Assembly (NCBI RefSeq): GCF_001194135.2
Contig: NC_068990.1
Coordinates: 47,221,870-47,275,089 of the forward strand
DNA from: Octopus bimaculoides
Taxonomy: Eukaryota
Direction of reading: 5' to 3'
Length of the DNA stretch: 53,220 nt
In this document: positions 47,458 through 53,220 of the stretch, one piece after another
How positions within the stretch are numbered: position 1 is the stretch's first letter
How the letters are laid out: each line of letters starts with the position of its first letter
Position numbers and translations under genes: made by a program
Notes under the pieces: generated by a model
Told to the model about the DNA's origin: nothing
Databases searched by the model: none
What the model saw: only the letters and a program-made list of their open reading frames with translations

Positions 47458-48294
47458 TTTTTTTGGTTCAAATTAGCCAGCTGACGACAGTACACATCAG
47501 AATTAATGGTCTGGTTTTGTGGGAGAAGTTTATAATTAATAATGCCTTTATGATCCCACCAAACACAAAGCATAGCTTTTTTGGCATGGATATTCATCTT
47601 TGGTTGCTGTTTTTGGGGATCCTTACGCAAACTCCAGGATCTTTTTTACACTACATTCTCGTACACAATCCATTTTTCATTTCCAGTCAAAAGTAGTTTA
47701 AAAAAAAAGGCATGCTTTCATTCCGTTTCAAAAGCAGATCACAAACAGAATACCAGTCCAAGCAATTCTTTTCTGAGAGTTTGTGAGGGACCCATACATT
47801 ACAGTGAGAAATGTATCCTAGCTTCACCCGGTGTTCATGAGTCATACTTTCAGAAACTTCCAACTCCTCTGCAAGTTCTTTAGTCGTGATATTAAAGGTC
47901 TTCCACTGTGACTGTCATCTTCTAAACTAAACTCTCCAGCTTTAAATTTTGCAAACCACCTTCAAACAGTTGATTCACCTCAGCATCATCACCATAAACT
48001 TCACAAACGTTTTTCCAAGTCTTTGCAGCATTTTCTCTTTTTTCAAAAAAAGAAAAGAATTACAATGCAAGGATGAAATTTTTAGTTATCCATTTCAAAT
48101 GTCAATAAAAGGTAACCAGAATGAAAGATAAATCTATTTTTAGTCAGGAACAAAGAAGAGATGCACTACCACTTCAAGCAACGCCAAAATCTTACCTGTA
48201 TTACGTTTCAGGGGTGTTCAATGAAGCGTTAAAAAATTGAGCTTAAAAATGCTCAGAACTTTCCGGACAATCTAATATTATAGCCCCAGGTGAC

Positions 48295-48550
48295 TAATTC
48301 CTTGTGAGTGGATTTGGTCGTTTGGTAGATGGAAACTGTGCAGAAGCCTGTTATATAGATATATGTATGTTTGTGTTGTGTTTGTCCCCACACCACCACT
48401 TGACAATCAGTATTGGTTTATGTCTGTAACTTAGCAGTTTGGCAAAAGAAACCAATAGAATAAGTACTGCAATCAATTTGTTCAACTAAACCCTTCAAGG
48501 CAGTGCTCCAGAATGGTTACAGTCTAATAACTGGAACAAATAAAAGATAA
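48295..48550 (+). mobile_element. SINE family A, partial
   Basis: CCTTGTGAGTGGATTTGG...TTTGTCCCCACACCACC...ACCAATAGAATAAGTAC. Confidence 0.65.
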
Positions 48551-51500
48551 GATAAACCATCACTTCTGTGAACTCTCCTAAATTCTCAGTCATTCTTTCC
48601 TGAACATTTTTAACTGACTCCTTACAATAATTCTTCTGTGAAATCTTCCTAAAATTAATTACTTTTTTCTCTGAATTCAATCTCTTCAAGAATATTGGCT
48701 TTTAGTTACTTATGCAATTATTTTTATGTAATTTATTGAGGTCTATTCAATTGACTTTACATTTCTGCTGCAAATGTGTAGTTTTGATTCAATGAAGGAG
48801 CTTCTATCTAATCACTCAGTTTGCTAACAGAAGCAACCAAATCTCCTTTGAATCATAACTCTTGAACCATAACTTTCTTTTGGTGTATGTGCAAAAACAA
48901 TGGCACACTAGGTCAGTGTAGTCCTAGATATACTATGTCTGAAAATAAGACAAGATGCGATATCAACAGTGGAAACATTTCTGACCAACCAATCTATCTT
49001 ATTTCAGGTTTGGTTATTAAGGGGTGACTTGAGTCAGTGTGAGAAGTTTAAATTAGAAACTTGTGTGTGTGTGTGTGTGTGTGCGAGTGTATTATTTTGT
49101 GTCACTTTGCCTTGATATCACATGAGTGTTGCTAATGAATGTCATTCATTTCCAATATTTTGTGCAAACATGCCTGGCCATAGGGAAATATTACCTTACT
49201 TGGAAACAGGTGGAAGTTACCAACAGGAGGGGCATCTAACCATAGAAAATCTGCCTCAATATACTCCTTCTGACCCATACGAGCATGGAAAAGTGAATAT
49301 TTCCAAATTTAATGTATTTATGGAACATTGATGATTTTTTTTTAGATAGTCTTTTCTGCCACAATTTCTTTAATATTTTTATTTACCTAAGTATCTCCAA
49401 TGATGGAAATGGTAGGTAGAGAGGTATGTGGGGATATTTTTATTATATAAGATATGATAATCTCTTATAATGTAAGATATGATAATAAATAACATACATG
49501 TGGACCATGGGCAAATGTAAAAAAATTCAAAAGTAGGCCAAAGACAAATGATGATGAGAAGGAGATTTGGCTGCTATTTCTAGCATGTCAAGCAACCATA
49601 ACAGGGCTTCTGAGTGACACCAATCTGACAAGTTTATAGGATTAGAGATTGCTGTACTTGCAGTGGTAGAAGTACTGAGAGGACATTATATCAGAGAGCC
49701 TCAAGTTTTAGAACAGAAAAGGTTTCCCTTTTATGTTTTTATGAAGCTGACCTTAGACAAGGTTATCCATCAGTGGATGTTCGATAATACTTGTGTGTAT
49801 ATACAAGTACATAATTTTTATTTTTATAACCATGAGGTCCTGAGTTCAATCCATGCATTCAGAAATTCTATGGTATACAGACATCTTATCATTACTTCTT
49901 ACAAACAGAAACTGTATTAGAAATCAATATTTTATTGACTAAAAAACATAGACTCAACCAGTTTGAAGCTATCTTAAATAGTGATATTAAGAAAATCAAA
50001 GGAAACACACTGTAGTGGTCAGAGATCAGAGATAAATCTATTAAAGAACAGAGCTTCTATACGACATGTAGTGGGGTGTATGCATGTGTGCATTTAACCA
50101 TTTTGATCCCGACTTGAATGTTATGATACAAACCCATCTGTTTTATAGCTTTTATATTTAAATTTATTGTAATTTTATGTAAGAACTCTTTGTGAAGTTA
50201 TGTTTGAAACATCATTATAATATTGAAGAAATTTGGTTATTTTACTAAACTCCTCCAAATTTTCAATTATTTTCAAAATTAATTGAAATACTTGGACAGT
50301 GTATTATTACATTAGAAATACATTAGAACCATGTTTGTTATTTGTTATTAGAAATATGTTTGCCAAAGATTCCCATAAATGAAAACGAGGAAAAAATAAG
50401 TAATCCAACCTCCAAACACATCCACTTATTCTGAAGATGGCAAATCAGTATTGTCAAAAGGCTTCTCTTAACCCTTATTTTATGGGAACTGAATATTTTC
50501 AGCTCTATGCATGTGCACTTGTGACACTAGAACTAAATTAAGTCATTTTTGACAGTGGAGTACTTTCTATGCTTCTTCACATTTTATATGACATAGTACA
50601 CACATTTTATTTTACTGATCAAATTGATACAGTATCTGCATGTTAGTAATCAGCACAGTGAGGGTGAAGTATATAATACTAATGCTGCTATTGAAAATAT
50701 TGATATTTATGTCTTTCTTTCATTTTATCTAGTGACATACATGTGCACAATTATGTACATACTTCTTCTTCACAGCTTTGCTTCACAAATGAAGATTCAT
50801 GAAGGGAGTTATTCACATTAAATGTTGGTTTGCTGATAGCTGATAGGACCGATATGGGGCAGTCGACTTGGCTGCAGTAGTTACTAGGGAAATTCTCCTC
50901 TTGTTTTTTGGGTTTTGGTGCTACTGTGTTATGATTCAACTACAATCTTCACTTGTTCTCAAAGATAGTCCTGGGTGCATTCTTGAAAGAAGGGACAGGC
51001 TGGTGAATTGCATGTCACAAACCTTTCAAGCAGATGCTGTTGTAAACCACTGGTGATGGTCAGTATGACAACATGAAAGGATTTATTCAGAGTGACCTTG
51101 TACTTTTGTTTTGGTGCTTTTCTGTCACAGTGGCCAGTGGAGAGTTTATGTGCAGATATACATGTATATATGTACACACATGCACACACACACAGTTATG
51201 TGCATTTGCATGTTGTGGAAAGGGGGCTTTTAATGAAAATATCAATTTATTTGATTCCAAAATCTGTTACTGGTTATAAGAGGATCCTTTTTACACTTTT
51301 TAATACTTTAAACTTAATTCTATCTAGACATCTTGTACTCTTTGTGTGTGTATATACATATATATATATATAGAGAGAGAGATAATGATACAGACAAGCA
51401 CAATCAGGCTTAACACACATATACACACAACACACATCATCATCATCATTTAATGTCCACTTTCCTTGCTGGCATGGGTTGGGGAGTCTGACATTGCTAT

Positions 51501-51920
51501 GTATTAAATGAAGGTTAGTAGTAAGCAACTACGTATGTACATTTTAAAGAATATCATTTGTAAGAAGTGAAACCAATTTCTAATTATGTAATTTGACATA
51601 TTTAATTATGCATTTTTGTAATTATAAACTAATCATCTACTTTCTAGTGTTTAATAATGTATTTTGAAATGATTTAAATGTTAAAATGTGCCTTTGGAAT
51701 ACATAATCTTGAAATGATTTTATTGTAATAATGTATTTTAGAATAATTTGATTGTGATAACTTCTTATTCAATCTATTTATTGTATTTCAAAATGATTTT
51801 TCTGTAAAAGTATAGCATGGACTTAATTAACCACAGTAGAAAAGGAATAGTACTTTTCTTCTTTTTATTATTTTTGCATATATATTTAGTTTTGTCTGTC
51901 TAATATTTTGTTATTTCCAG

Positions 51921-52079
51921 TTCACATTTAACAAGGTTATAGAAAAGCTCTATGATGCTATTCTTAGAGCTTATGATCTACAAAGGAGCGCTCGGGAAAA
52001 AATCTCCTGCAACTATGCTGAACTGACTGTTCGGTACCTGGGTAATAGTTCACATATTCCACTTACAGGTGGCATAAAG
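51921..52079 (+). CDS. Host gene internal exon (FTFNKVIEKLYDAILRAYDLQRSAREKISCNYAELTVRYLGNSSHIPLTGGIK)
   Basis: Acceptor ttttgttatttccag, donor GTAAGT at 52080. 159 nt, phase 0 to 0, stop-free, in phase with 34977. Confidence 0.87.
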
Positions 52080-52199
52080 GTAAGTTGTTAATTTATCCCA
52101 GTATATATTTTTTTTTTTGGCACTAAATCCAATCTGTTTGTCACATGCATTGCACCACACTTTAGTCTGACATATAAGGTACATTACTTTTTATGTTGT

Positions 52200-52320
52200 G
52201 GATGCAGGCATGATTGTGTAGTTAAGAAGCTTGTTATACAGTTATATGGTTTTAGTTTCAATTCTACTGTCTATGCAATACCTTTGGTACATGTCTTCTT
52301 CCATAGCCTCAAGTTTACCA
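52200..52320 (+). mobile_element. SINE family A 5' half, degenerate
   Basis: GCAGGCATGATTGTGTAGTTAAGAAGCTTG head. Confidence 0.55.
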
Positions 52321-52418
52321 ATAACTAACGGAATTAGGTGATTTGGTGTAGATGATTTGGCTCAGCTGATTGGATATTCAGTCTGTTTTGGCAACAATAC
52401 TTTCTGGTAGTGGAGGAA

Positions 52419-52455
<37 letters not shown>

Positions 52456-52889
52456 ATATACATATACATATAGAAAAAATGTATGAGAGAGAGAATAAAA
52501 TTTATTAAATGAACATGATATGACATGAACACTTTCCTTCTCCTCATTCAAGTAAAGAGAACATGGAGGGAAAGAACGAAGAGAAACATTAAAATGTTTG
52601 ATGTCAAATAAGTCAGCATCAAATCAGCAATGCCAAATAAGCAGCACCAAAACAGCTGTGCCAAAACATCTCATAAACCAATAACTTGCGAGTAGAATTT
52701 GATGTACAGAAAGTATACATGCCCATTGTAATAATACAAGGTCTATTAAAAAAGAAACCATTTTTGAATAAAATAAAAATAATTTATTGTTTTAATTAGA
52801 CATTTTTTCTTCAAAATAGTTCCCTCTACAACTAATACACTGTTCCCAACATTTTTTCCCAGTTTTTGGGAAGCATTTTTAGGGCCCAA

Positions 52890-53220
52890 ATCATCATCAT
52901 CATCATCACAGTTTAACGTCCACTTTCCATGCTAGCATGGGTTGGACGATTTGACTGAGGACTGGTGCAACCGGATGGCTACACCAGGCTCCAATCTAAT
53001 TTGGCAGAGTTTCTACAGCTGGATGCCCTTCCTAACACCAACCACTCAGAGAGTGTAGTGGGTGCTTTTACGTGTCACCCGCACGAAAACGGCCACGCTC
53101 AAAATGGTGTATTTTATGTGCCACCCGCACAAGAGCCAGTCCAGGGGCACTGGCAACGATCTCGCTCGAAAACCCTACAAGGCCAGTCAGGCGGTACTGG
53201 CAATGGTCACGCTCAGGATG
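52890..53220 (-). mobile_element. Relatively young RTE LINE 3' end, running off the window
   Basis: (CAT)n then GTTTAACGTCCACTTTCCATGCTAGCATGGGTTGGACG; CpG-rich 3' UTR with CCACCCGCAC repeats. Confidence 0.8.

Larger units (their letters stand above)
43148..48275 (-). mobile_element. Mariner (DD34D) element split by a Gypsy insertion
   Basis: TIRs TTAGGTTGTCTGGAAAGTTCTGAGCGTTTTT and AAAAATGCTCAGAACTTTCCGGACAATCTAA with TA on both sides. 5' transposase part about 47460-48100 (KAMLCVWWDHKGII, YCRQL); 3' part about 43270-43555 (QQDNA*PH...YSPDIAPSDY, spacing 34). Confidence 0.88.

Noticed and set aside
52005-52079. PTB-domain assignment from ELTVRYLG
   Set aside because: The resemblance to the PTB (F/L)xVxYLG motif is too short to name the gene without a profile search.

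Overview
AT-rich, microsatellite-rich animal genomic DNA with four assembly gaps (20602-20611, 24063-24072, 30397-31264, 33913-34137). The SINE and LINE families look like those I recall from octopus genomes; this is inference, not a database result. Most of the window is intron of one + strand gene. Four exons (19337-19492, 32275-32429, 34865-34977, 51921-52079) have canonical splice sites and join in phase into one stop-free frame that I cannot name. The introns are filled with decayed or nested mobile elements: Helitrons and Helentron-like short elements, a Tc1-type DD36E element, a DD37D fragment, two DD34D mariners (one split by a Gypsy LTR element), RTE, L1/Tx1-like, R4/Dong-like and I/Jockey-like LINE remnants, and at least four tRNA-headed SINE families. 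The most notable finding is two unrelated small non-coding elements carrying hammerhead-ribozyme cores. One is a ~520 bp head-to-head palindrome of a tRNA-like head plus a minimal hammerhead, flanked by a 14-bp direct repeat (4509-5047). The other is a ~180 bp element with short terminal inverted repeats and a well-paired type I hammerhead (36672-36851). All folds and alignments were done by eye, and many repeat boundaries are approximate.
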